Virus record (IMG/VR): IMGVR_UViG_3300037755_000476
From: a virus
Direction: 5' to 3' (one strand)
DNA length: 64,000 nucleotides
The notes beneath the pieces were generated by a model. The model was not told the origin of the DNA, searched no databases, and worked only from the letters and a program-made list of their open reading frames with translations. Positions 14,130-22,634 of the stretch are shown here, one piece after another. The translations under genes were made by a program, and so were the position numbers. Numbering within the stretch: the first letter of the stretch is position 1; the number at the start of each line of letters is the position of its first letter.

Positions 14130-16391
14130 ATGGCGCGGATAAAAAATACCAACGTCTATGTTTTTGACACCGTACCAGAGGCATCTTCGTTCTTAGTAGG
14201 GTCCGACCAAGGAGATGGAAGGATAACAAAGTCATATAGGATAGACACGGTCTTCGGTCTATTGCCCAGCTATGGCTACTTCACAGACGCTCCCGCTGAC
14301 GGCCAGCCTTACCTAAGGCAGGATAATGCTTGGGTAATGGTACCCCCATCTGGAGTAGGCAGTGTGTTCAGCGTGTTCGGCAGGACCGGAGCAGTAACTG
14401 GTCAGTTTGGAGACTACTCTTCGTTCTACGCCGCTCTGGTACACACCCACACAGAGTCGGACATAACAGATTTACAAGATTATCTACTACCAGCCGATAT
14501 AGGGTCTACGGTACAGGCTTGGAGCGCCGCTTTGGATGCGGTTACAGGAACGAACACTGGGGACCAAACTTCTATTGTAGGTATTTCTGGGACAAAGGTA
14601 CAGTTTAATAATTCTCTATCCGACGGAGACTTTATGTTCATCGGGGACGCACCTACGGCACATACTCACGTAGAGTCGGATATAACCGATTTACAGGACT
14701 ACCTGTTGCCGGAGGACATAGATACGTTGTCGGAGCTAAACTCTCTTATATCCGATGCAACTCTTATAGATACAGACGACTCCCGTCTATCTGATGCAAG
14801 GACTCCGTTGGCGCATACTCATGTGGAGGCGGATATTACGGACCTACAGGACTACCTACTATCTGTAGACATTTCTGATATAAATGCTGCTGGAACGGCC
14901 AGCTCCTCAACTTGGTTAAGGGGGGACGGGGTGTGGGGAACGATACTTGCGGGAGTGTCCTCCGTATTTGGAAGGACTGCCGAGGTGGTTGCAATGGAGG
15001 AGGATTATGACGACTTCTACTCTTTGTTAGGCCATACTCATACTACATCTGAGATAACCGACTTGGCGTCTTATACAGGTTTTGATGACTACTACACTGA
15101 CACTGAAACAGACACTCTGTTATCAGGGTACCAATTATTGTCAGAGAAAGGCCAAGCAAATGGATATGTGCCACTAAACGGTTCATCACTTATAGACTCT
15201 TCCTATTTACCCTCATATGTAGACGATGTTTTAGAGTTTGACGATTTAGCCTCTTTTCCTGTAACGGGAGAGATTGGGAAGGTTTATATTGCACTGGACA
15301 CCAATAGATTGTACAGGTGGTCAGGGAGTACTTATGTTGGCGTAGGAGGTACGGAATCCATACCTTGGGGGGCTATAACAGGGACTCTTTCTGACCAGAC
15401 TGATTTGCAGAGTGCCCTTAACGGAAAAGAAAATTCATTCTCAAAAAATACCGGTTTCAATAAAAATTTTGGAACTTCGGCAGGTACGGTAAGTGAGGGA
15501 AACCATACTCATGCATTTGCCAGTTTGACATCCAAGCCAACAACCATAGGAGGCTATGGAATTACGGATTTTAATAGTTTGGGGGATGTTAGGTGGTTGA
15601 GAAAAGACACAAACGACACGACAACAGGGACGCTTAGAATGGCCGCTAATAGTGGTATAACGGGAAGTGGGTCAGGGACTGGGAATGTAGCTTTTTTTAG
15701 TTTTTTTGAATCAAACGGAACTACCAGACAAGGTTATGTGGGGATGGCTAGCGGAAGCAATTCAGACGTATTTTTAAGGAACGATGTTGCCAACTCTAAC
15801 TTAAATTTGGTGGCAGGAGGCGGCGTTAACGGTCTTACGTTTACGGATTCTGGGGGTACGGGCACTGTTTGGACAAGTCGAAACGACGGAGAAGGCAGCG
15901 GACTTGATGCCGACTTGTTGGATGGGCAGCAAGGAGCAAACTATATGCGTGTCAATGCGGCCACGACAAACACGAACGGAACGAACTCCACATCAAAGGA
16001 TACAGGGGCATTGATATTGACAGCGGGCGGATTGGGAGTGGAACAGGCAATATTTTCAGGAGGAAACATGAACGCCCCTAACTTTGTCCTTACCTCCGAC
16101 AAAAGAAAAAAGAAGGATATAAAAACCCTTAAAGTCGGTAACTTCCCAGTAAAATGGAAAGAGTTCGAACTTAAAGATTTCCCCGGAGAGAAGAGGTACG
16201 GGGTCATAGCACAGGATGTGCAAAAGTATGCGCCAGAACTCGTCTTCGAAAACGGAAAAGGGGAGCTTAGTGTAAAATACATCGATTTGTTCGTTAAGAA
16301 ACTGGCAGAAAAGGACAATCAGATAAGCTCTCTCGAAGAGGGGTTGGAGCTATTGGAGGAGAAATTTAAACTTTTGGTAAATTCATTATAA
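14130..16391 (+). CDS. Tail fibre with C-terminal intramolecular chaperone (Peptidase S74-like)
   Basis: HTH(T/V)E.DITDLQDYLL repeats, SVFGRT x2, GLDADLLDG, TSDKRKK...YGVIAQDV...LSVKY. Confidence 0.88.
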   Translation: MARIKNTNVYVFDTVPEASSFLVGSDQGDGRITKSYRIDTVFGLLPSYGYFTDAPADGQPYLRQDNAWVMVPPSGVGSVFSVFGRTGAVTGQFGDYSSFYAALVHTHTESDITDLQDYLLPADIGSTVQAWSAALDAVTGTNTGDQTSIVGISGTKVQFNNSLSDGDFMFIGDAPTAHTHVESDITDLQDYLLPEDIDTLSELNSLISDATLIDTDDSRLSDARTPLAHTHVEADITDLQDYLLSVDISDINAAGTASSSTWLRGDGVWGTILAGVSSVFGRTAEVVAMEEDYDDFYSLLGHTHTTSEITDLASYTGFDDYYTDTETDTLLSGYQLLSEKGQANGYVPLNGSSLIDSSYLPSYVDDVLEFDDLASFPVTGEIGKVYIALDTNRLYRWSGSTYVGVGGTESIPWGAITGTLSDQTDLQSALNGKENSFSKNTGFNKNFGTSAGTVSEGNHTHAFASLTSKPTTIGGYGITDFNSLGDVRWLRKDTNDTTTGTLRMAANSGITGSGSGTGNVAFFSFFESNGTTRQGYVGMASGSNSDVFLRNDVANSNLNLVAGGGVNGLTFTDSGGTGTVWTSRNDGEGSGLDADLLDGQQGANYMRVNAATTNTNGTNSTSKDTGALILTAGGLGVEQAIFSGGNMNAPNFVLTSDKRKKKDIKTLKVGNFPVKWKEFELKDFPGEKRYGVIAQDVQKYAPELVFENGKGELSVKYIDLFVKKLAEKDNQISSLEEGLELLEEKFKLLVNSL

Positions 16392-16801
16392 TGGCAGTTC
16401 CGAACACAGCAACCTTCAGCGCGACAGACGTACAAACAAATATAGGCGGCGGGCATACCGGGCTTGTAGCTCTGTTCGCAAATGCAATCGATGATTTTTT
16501 TGACCCCACTTACTCTGGAAGCAAGAACTCTTTACTTAATTTTAGAAACTATGGTAACATAGATACGGACTTAATACCGCTAGGAACGGGCATTGATGGA
16601 AGTGCTGCGTGTTCAGACTTCTCGGCTTCTCCGGAGGACTACTACGTCCCTAACGGAACAAACCTTATAACAGCAGATTCTCTTTATATACTAGTGTCCG
16701 GAAATTATTACTTGGCACCCTCCAATTGGTATTCAGATGGGGCCAGAAGAAGGGAATGGACGGGCACTGAATTTGTAGGCTCTTCAGATTTATGCTCTTA
16801 A
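16391..16801 (+). CDS. Tail fibre accessory protein
   Basis: Position after the fibre; FDPTY..SLLNFRNYG. Confidence 0.55.
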   Translation: MAVPNTATFSATDVQTNIGGGHTGLVALFANAIDDFFDPTYSGSKNSLLNFRNYGNIDTDLIPLGTGIDGSAACSDFSASPEDYYVPNGTNLITADSLYILVSGNYYLAPSNWYSDGARRREWTGTEFVGSSDLCS

Positions 16802-16816
16802 AAATACAAAAACAAA

Positions 16817-17896
16817 ATGGCAAGAATATCCAGAACAGACATATATGACTATGACACCCTACCAACATTTGAAGACTATGTTATAGGAACGGACCCGGAG
16901 GACTTCAAAAGGACGAGGAACTACAGGATAGCGGACATCATAGGCTTGGCCAATGGCACAGCCACAAGGTTCACGACATTATTCGATACCCCCGCCGACT
17001 ATATTGGACAGGCCGGTAAAGTGGTGACCGTCAACGACACAGAGGACGGTCTTGTTTTCGAAGAGGGCGGAGGAGGCTCGTCTGCAAGCGACGTTCAGTA
17101 CGGAGTAAGTTGGGATGCAAATATGGACGCAGCCACCAAGAATGTACTGTACGATAAAATACAGACTCTGGTCACACTTAATACCGTACAGACAATAACA
17201 GCGGGGAAAGTGTTTAACGCTGCAACAGACCATTTAGGAGGTTTGAATATAGGTCAGTTTGGAGTTAGCAATCCGTCATCAAACAGGATTACATTTTCAA
17301 ACATCCTTGTGCCCTCTCAATTACAGGCAGCAGCGTCTCCCTCTATAAGCTTTTCTGACGATAACCTCGTAGTTAATAGGAGCGGGGACAATACTGAGGA
17401 CACGTTTTATATATTTAACGGTAGTGGTATAACATCTCCCAGAACCTACACACTCCCGGACAAATCCGGGACCGTTGCCCTTTTGGACGATATTACACCA
17501 TCCGTAGAAGTAACAAAAGGTAATTTTACACCGGTATTAATAAGCAGTAACGGAAACTACTCCTATTCTATGAGCGAGCAGGTAGGTAAGTATGTTAGGA
17601 TAGACGACGTAGTACATTACGTAATTATTATAACAGTGTCCAGCAGTTCCGGCGCCGGATTCGGAGGCACTTTACAAATAACCGGGGTACCCCTTACGTC
17701 CGAAATAGACCAAGTCAATCAAGTAATGAACTGCCTTTTTAACCAAGAGCAATATGCAGCCACTTTCTCCGGGGACAATATTATACTCCGAGAGTATGGA
17801 GGGTTTATAGCAAATGGGGCGGAGGCGGAGATAATACCCAATAACACCACGTTATATATCACAGGGTCGGTACTATTGAATACGTCGGGGTATTAA
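16817..17896 (+). CDS. Second tail fibre/spike protein
   Basis: Shared N-terminal module; YTLPDKSGTVALLDD and GNFTP fibre motifs. Confidence 0.7.
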   Translation: MARISRTDIYDYDTLPTFEDYVIGTDPEDFKRTRNYRIADIIGLANGTATRFTTLFDTPADYIGQAGKVVTVNDTEDGLVFEEGGGGSSASDVQYGVSWDANMDAATKNVLYDKIQTLVTLNTVQTITAGKVFNAATDHLGGLNIGQFGVSNPSSNRITFSNILVPSQLQAAASPSISFSDDNLVVNRSGDNTEDTFYIFNGSGITSPRTYTLPDKSGTVALLDDITPSVEVTKGNFTPVLISSNGNYSYSMSEQVGKYVRIDDVVHYVIIITVSSSSGAGFGGTLQITGVPLTSEIDQVNQVMNCLFNQEQYAATFSGDNIILREYGGFIANGAEAEIIPNNTTLYITGSVLLNTSGY

Positions 17897-17963
17897 GGGT
17901 GTAAATATTACGCATCGAGATATATGGTATCTTTGTGTGTAAATCAAATTTAACTCACTTAAC

Positions 17964-18206
17964 ATGGCAACAAAAAACTACAGAAAGATAACAGTAGGCG
18001 ACAGTTTCTCAAACTGCATAGCCTACGTCAAGGGCGCAAGCTACCTTGGACGAAGTATTAAAATCACGGATATCATCCCAAGCGAAACCGAAGGCGGTCT
18101 GGATATTTACGTACAGGCCAACGAGAAAGGTTCGGCAAAGGTCCTCTGGAAGACAATCTCCGAAAAGCAGATATTGGAAGCGGAGTACGATTTAAACTTC
18201 GAGTAA
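17964..18206 (+). CDS. Hypothetical protein
   Basis: ORF after the promoter at 17928-17935. Confidence 0.6.
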   Translation: MATKNYRKITVGDSFSNCIAYVKGASYLGRSIKITDIIPSETEGGLDIYVQANEKGSAKVLWKTISEKQILEAEYDLNFE

Positions 18207-18209
18207 TAC

Positions 18210-18794
18210 ATGAAATCCACAATCTATTTTATAGTACAAGTAGAAGACTCTTACAACAATTATATAGAACTAGGTGACGGAACCAAGCTCTCTACCAACA
18301 ATTCCATAGACAGTGTCGAACACATAAACCGTGTTGGAAAGGTTATTGATGCCCCTAAAGGGACCATAGTCGATAGAGGAGATTTTTTACTGTTCCATCA
18401 TAATATCTGTAGGGAGTCTTGGGGAGCAAAAGGAAAAAAAAGGACAAGCGTGTTCGCTATGTCCGATAATACCTTTTTTGTCCCGGTTACCGAGATATTC
18501 ATGTATATGAAAGCAGGTAGTGATAAATGGAACGCTCTTGCCCCATTTGTATTCATAAAGCCTATCCCAGCCGGGTCAGAAGTATTACCCAACGGGTTAG
18601 AGGTAAAGGAAGACGATTATAACGGTAAAAAGCCATTAGTGGGAATAATGTCTTACCCTAACAAGGAATTGATGGACAAGGGGGTAAGGGAGGGAGACAT
18701 TGTGGCTTTCTTAGAGGACTCCGAACATGAGTACGAAATAAAAGGTAATCTTTACTACAAGATGAGAAATAGCGATATCTTGGCAATATTATGA
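18210..18794 (+). CDS. Tandem GroES-like (Cpn10-like) protein
   Basis: Two G.V...V..GD.V.F repeats ending YYKMRNSDILA. Confidence 0.6.
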   Translation: MKSTIYFIVQVEDSYNNYIELGDGTKLSTNNSIDSVEHINRVGKVIDAPKGTIVDRGDFLLFHHNICRESWGAKGKKRTSVFAMSDNTFFVPVTEIFMYMKAGSDKWNALAPFVFIKPIPAGSEVLPNGLEVKEDDYNGKKPLVGIMSYPNKELMDKGVREGDIVAFLEDSEHEYEIKGNLYYKMRNSDILAIL

Positions 18795-21700
18795 GAGGGT
18801 TGTCCGGGGACATACAAGAAGCACTAGAGATAGTTGTTGAAGGTTTAAATTTTAAAATGGACATAGATTTCATAGAGCCTGATAAAATAAAGGCGAGCAT
18901 GGACTCTAAACTTGTCTCTTTTAGAACGGCTAAAGAATTGCTGTCTAAGTGGGTGAACAGCCCCAACGCCCCATCGGAATCGAAATTTAATAACTACGTA
19001 GAAAAGCTAATAACTTCTGGAGAATCCTCCATCAAAACCCTTAGAAAAGCTCTTAGAGCCCCTATAAACTACTCCACACTTGATACCCACAAACACAAAC
19101 TAGCAGCCCAGACAAAACTTTTGGTCCTAAATTCTATAACAGAGCTCGACTCTTCTTTGATAGAACTTCGTCACCAGTTCGAGACCGGTACGGTAATACT
19201 AAAAGACGCAGAGTTTAAAAGGGGCTTCGCGGAAAAATTCGCATACGGGGAGTTCTTTCCACCAGAAAATTACCATAAAAACTGGCACAACAAGGAGCAG
19301 GACTCCATTGTAATAGACCCAAAAGGCTCAAGGGGAGAGATTATAGAGCTGGACGGATTAAAAATACAACTACCTCACCCCCCTAGAGACAGAAGCCAAA
19401 TACTTTTTAGTGATAAGCCTAAAAGGGAGCAGTGCTGGGTAAGGGAGGAGATACCCAAAGGATTGACTCCGGAGAACGTAGAGGTTTACACCGACTACAT
19501 TATGGAGCAATTCAGACGTAGACGAGAGGGTGTATGGTTTATGAACAACGGGACCCCTACGTGGTTGACTGGCAGGCACTGGATGCAGTTACAGTGGGGA
19601 AAAATGTTCGATGATGGGATATACCCCTCCTACAGGCATGCACAATTATTACTGTTCTACCACAAAGAAGCTTGCTACATAGATAAACTGTCCATGGGGC
19701 AGATATTTTTAAAGTCCCGACAGACCGGGTATACCTATGGAATGATGTCAGACTCTATAGAGTTGGTGTCTAGGACCAAGGGCTCAAGAACGGGAATGAC
19801 CTCTATGACGGACGACGATGCCAGAAGAGCTTTCGCCAAACTGTCGTACACGTTTCAAGAGTGGCCATTCTTCTTTCAACCTATTACAAAAGGTAAAGCG
19901 GATTCCCCCACAAATATAAACTTTGGAAAACCGTCAAACTCCACGAAAGAGGAAAAGAAGAAGAACGATACTACTACAGATGGGTACGTAAACAGTACTA
20001 CAGACTTTGAGGCCACTAAGGCAAAAGCTTACGACGGTCAGCATATGAAGTTATATGTGGGTGATGAATGCATTTTTGAAAATGATAAAATATGGACCCT
20101 AAAAGGCCTTCAAAAAATAGTAGACGTAGAAAAAGGCGATTTGGTGCTATGCGCAGATGGGGAGTACAGGCAAGTAATGGATAAGGCTGTACAAGAGGGA
20201 CCTTTGTATAGGGTGACTCAGAGTAGGGGAAAGGATTACATGGTAAATGGTAATCATAAGCTATACCTACAAGAAGCCTACGGAGAAAGGGCTAAAAAAA
20301 GGAGAAACGTATTCATAACTCCCTTAGAGTACTTAGAAAAGCCTAAGTACACAAGAAATAAGTACAGAAGGATTTGTTTCAAAGGTTTTTACAACATTAA
20401 AGAAAAAGACTTTTTTATAGACCCTTATGTATACGGGGCATGGTTAGGGGACGGCTCTTCCAAATCATCTTCGTTTGTAATAAATATAGAAGATGTAGAA
20501 ATAAGGGACAGTATAAATAGGTATGCTGAATCTAAAGGATTTAGACTAAAGGAGGTAGAAAACGGTATGGACAGTTGTTATCAACTATACATGTCAGACC
20601 CCACAGTAAGAGATAACAGGTTTATAAACGAACTTAGGAGACTGGATAATTGGGGAAATAAATACATTAACAAAGAGTATCTTTATTCTAGTAGGTCCCA
20701 AATGTTGGAAGTGTTGGCCGGAATAATAGACACGGACGGCAGTAAGTCCGTCCACGGAAACACCTACAACGTAGAGATGGCCTCTAAAAAATTAATAGAG
20801 GATATTTATGTTTTAGCTAAACACTGCGGACTGTGCACCTCAGAGGTAAGTGTTAGAAAAAGGCACAGAAAAGAAACAGAAACCTTTTCTTACAGGGTAG
20901 GAATATCTGATATAAACAAAGAAATACCCGTAAGAACAGAGAGGAAAAAGCAGTTAAAAGAGGCTACGTGTACCCAATCCAATAAAATGGACGTGGAGTA
21001 CGAAGGAGTTGGTGTGTTTGTAGGACTCACCCTAGACACAAAAAAAGACGAAGAAGCCTTAATAGTTTTGGAAGACTTTACGCTAACAAAGAACTGCGCG
21101 AAGTGGGAGCGGGTAAGCTATATTGAGCATCTGAACACATTATTGCCCACAACCTTTAGAGGAGGTCGGGTAGTTGGTAAAGTGTTTCTGGGCTCCACCA
21201 TGGGAAAACTTGACGCAGGAGGCGAGGATTTCAAGACCCTGTACCAAAATTCTAAGGTCAAGGATAGGCAGCCGTCAGGATTCACTTCCACAAAACTGTA
21301 CTCCTACTTCATGCCGGCCCACACCAACTACGAGGACTGCATAGATATCTACGGTAAGTGTTGGACAGAGACTCCTCCAAAAGGGACATTGAACACTTTC
21401 GGGGAGCCTATCTTAAAAGGCTCTATACAGGCTATAAAAGAACTTTACGCAGATGCTAAGAAACAAGGTGACGTGGCCCTTAACGCTGCCTACAGGGCAT
21501 TCCCAATGACAGAGGCACATGCCATGAGGGACGAGGCCGACGCGTGTGTGTTCAACCTTACAAAGCTTACGGACCAGTGGGACCATAACGAAGAGGTAAC
21601 CATAGAAAAGCCCTTGTACACAAGAGGAAATTTTAGATGGGAAGGTGACGTAAAGTTCTCCAAAGTAGAGTTTGTACCGGACAAGCACGGAAGGTTCAAA

Positions 21701-22471
21701 ATATGGTGGATGCCCAGCGCGTCGGACGATACATTAAAACTAAGGAACAACGTAAAGAAGATTAGGAACCTCTACACCCCAATGAACGACTATGGTTGTA
21801 TAGGGGTCGATTGTTTCGGTTCTTACGTACAGGGGAAGAATAAGGCGTCCAAAGGGGCGGCACATGCTTTTACAGGACCTAACGTAGAAGGCGTACCAGC
21901 TAGGAAGTTTCTTTTTGAATACATAGATAAGCCGGCCACACAGGATATATTCAACGAGGATATACTTATGGCCGCATGGTTTTACGGACTCCCCATTCTT
22001 GCGGAGAACAACAGGAGGGACTTTGTAAGGCACCTTTTCAACGAACAATGTAGGCCGTTCTCCATGAACAGGGTAGATAAGACAAAGTTGGATGGAGACG
22101 ACGCCGTTCTGGGAGGACAGCCTATGCAGAGCAAGGACATTTTAGATGCTCACGAAAATGGTATAAGGAGTTTTATACAGCACCATGTTGGAGTATCCAC
22201 AGCACCTGACGGAATAAAATACAGACCGGAGGGAGAAATCGGGGACATGCCTTTCAACGATACTATACAGGATTGGATGAAGTTCAACCCCAATGCAAGG
22301 ACGGCCCACGATGCCACGGTGTCCAGCGGACTTGCTATTATGGGGTGCAATAAGGAAAAATATGTACCGAGAGCAAAGATAAATGATGCCAAAAAGAATA
22401 GGTCGATAATAAGGACATATGATAATAAAGGAATAACAAGTACCTTCAAAAAACAGAAAGAGTTTAATTAG
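18791..22471 (+). CDS. Terminase large subunit containing an intein
   Basis: LKSRQTG (Walker A-like), LYVGDE^CAKW (Walker B), GKVFLGST, RNase H-like IGVD nuclease domain. Confidence 0.9.
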   Translation: MRGLSGDIQEALEIVVEGLNFKMDIDFIEPDKIKASMDSKLVSFRTAKELLSKWVNSPNAPSESKFNNYVEKLITSGESSIKTLRKALRAPINYSTLDTHKHKLAAQTKLLVLNSITELDSSLIELRHQFETGTVILKDAEFKRGFAEKFAYGEFFPPENYHKNWHNKEQDSIVIDPKGSRGEIIELDGLKIQLPHPPRDRSQILFSDKPKREQCWVREEIPKGLTPENVEVYTDYIMEQFRRRREGVWFMNNGTPTWLTGRHWMQLQWGKMFDDGIYPSYRHAQLLLFYHKEACYIDKLSMGQIFLKSRQTGYTYGMMSDSIELVSRTKGSRTGMTSMTDDDARRAFAKLSYTFQEWPFFFQPITKGKADSPTNINFGKPSNSTKEEKKKNDTTTDGYVNSTTDFEATKAKAYDGQHMKLYVGDECIFENDKIWTLKGLQKIVDVEKGDLVLCADGEYRQVMDKAVQEGPLYRVTQSRGKDYMVNGNHKLYLQEAYGERAKKRRNVFITPLEYLEKPKYTRNKYRRICFKGFYNIKEKDFFIDPYVYGAWLGDGSSKSSSFVINIEDVEIRDSINRYAESKGFRLKEVENGMDSCYQLYMSDPTVRDNRFINELRRLDNWGNKYINKEYLYSSRSQMLEVLAGIIDTDGSKSVHGNTYNVEMASKKLIEDIYVLAKHCGLCTSEVSVRKRHRKETETFSYRVGISDINKEIPVRTERKKQLKEATCTQSNKMDVEYEGVGVFVGLTLDTKKDEEALIVLEDFTLTKNCAKWERVSYIEHLNTLLPTTFRGGRVVGKVFLGSTMGKLDAGGEDFKTLYQNSKVKDRQPSGFTSTKLYSYFMPAHTNYEDCIDIYGKCWTETPPKGTLNTFGEPILKGSIQAIKELYADAKKQGDVALNAAYRAFPMTEAHAMRDEADACVFNLTKLTDQWDHNEEVTIEKPLYTRGNFRWEGDVKFSKVEFVPDKHGRFKIWWMPSASDDTLKLRNNVKKIRNLYTPMNDYGCIGVDCFGSYVQGKNKASKGAAHAFTGPNVEGVPARKFLFEYIDKPATQDIFNEDILMAAWFYGLPILAENNRRDFVRHLFNEQCRPFSMNRVDKTKLDGDDAVLGGQPMQSKDILDAHENGIRSFIQHHVGVSTAPDGIKYRPEGEIGDMPFNDTIQDWMKFNPNARTAHDATVSSGLAIMGCNKEKYVPRAKINDAKKNRSIIRTYDNKGITSTFKKQKEFN
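20069..21094 (+). mobile_element. Intein with LAGLIDADG endonuclease (342 aa)
   Basis: Begins CIFEND, ends TKN with +1 Cys; GAWLGDG and LAGIIDTDG motifs. Confidence 0.92.
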
Positions 22472-22483
22472 TATATTTGTAAT

Positions 22484-22633
22484 ATGATAGTTTATAGGCA
22501 CAATGGTAATTTTGTAAAAGAGTTTAGGCCTATAAACAGTGCAAGAAAAGAATTAAAAATAAACTCTATAGACTTTGTATGCAGGGGATTACAAAACCAC
22601 GCAGGGGGGTATATTTGGAAATATAAAAACTAA
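22484..22633 (+). CDS. Stand-alone NUMOD1-type DNA-binding domain (49 aa)
   Basis: GNFVKEF..INSARKEL...C.G...AGGYIWKY; in frame with the terminase TAG. Confidence 0.7.
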   Translation: MIVYRHNGNFVKEFRPINSARKELKINSIDFVCRGLQNHAGGYIWKYKN

Positions 22634-22634
22634 A

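Noticed and set aside
14130-17896. DGR or invertible tail-fibre cassette
   Set aside because: No reverse transcriptase and no adenine-variant template/variable repeat pair; the repeats are protein-level and no inverted crossover sites were seen
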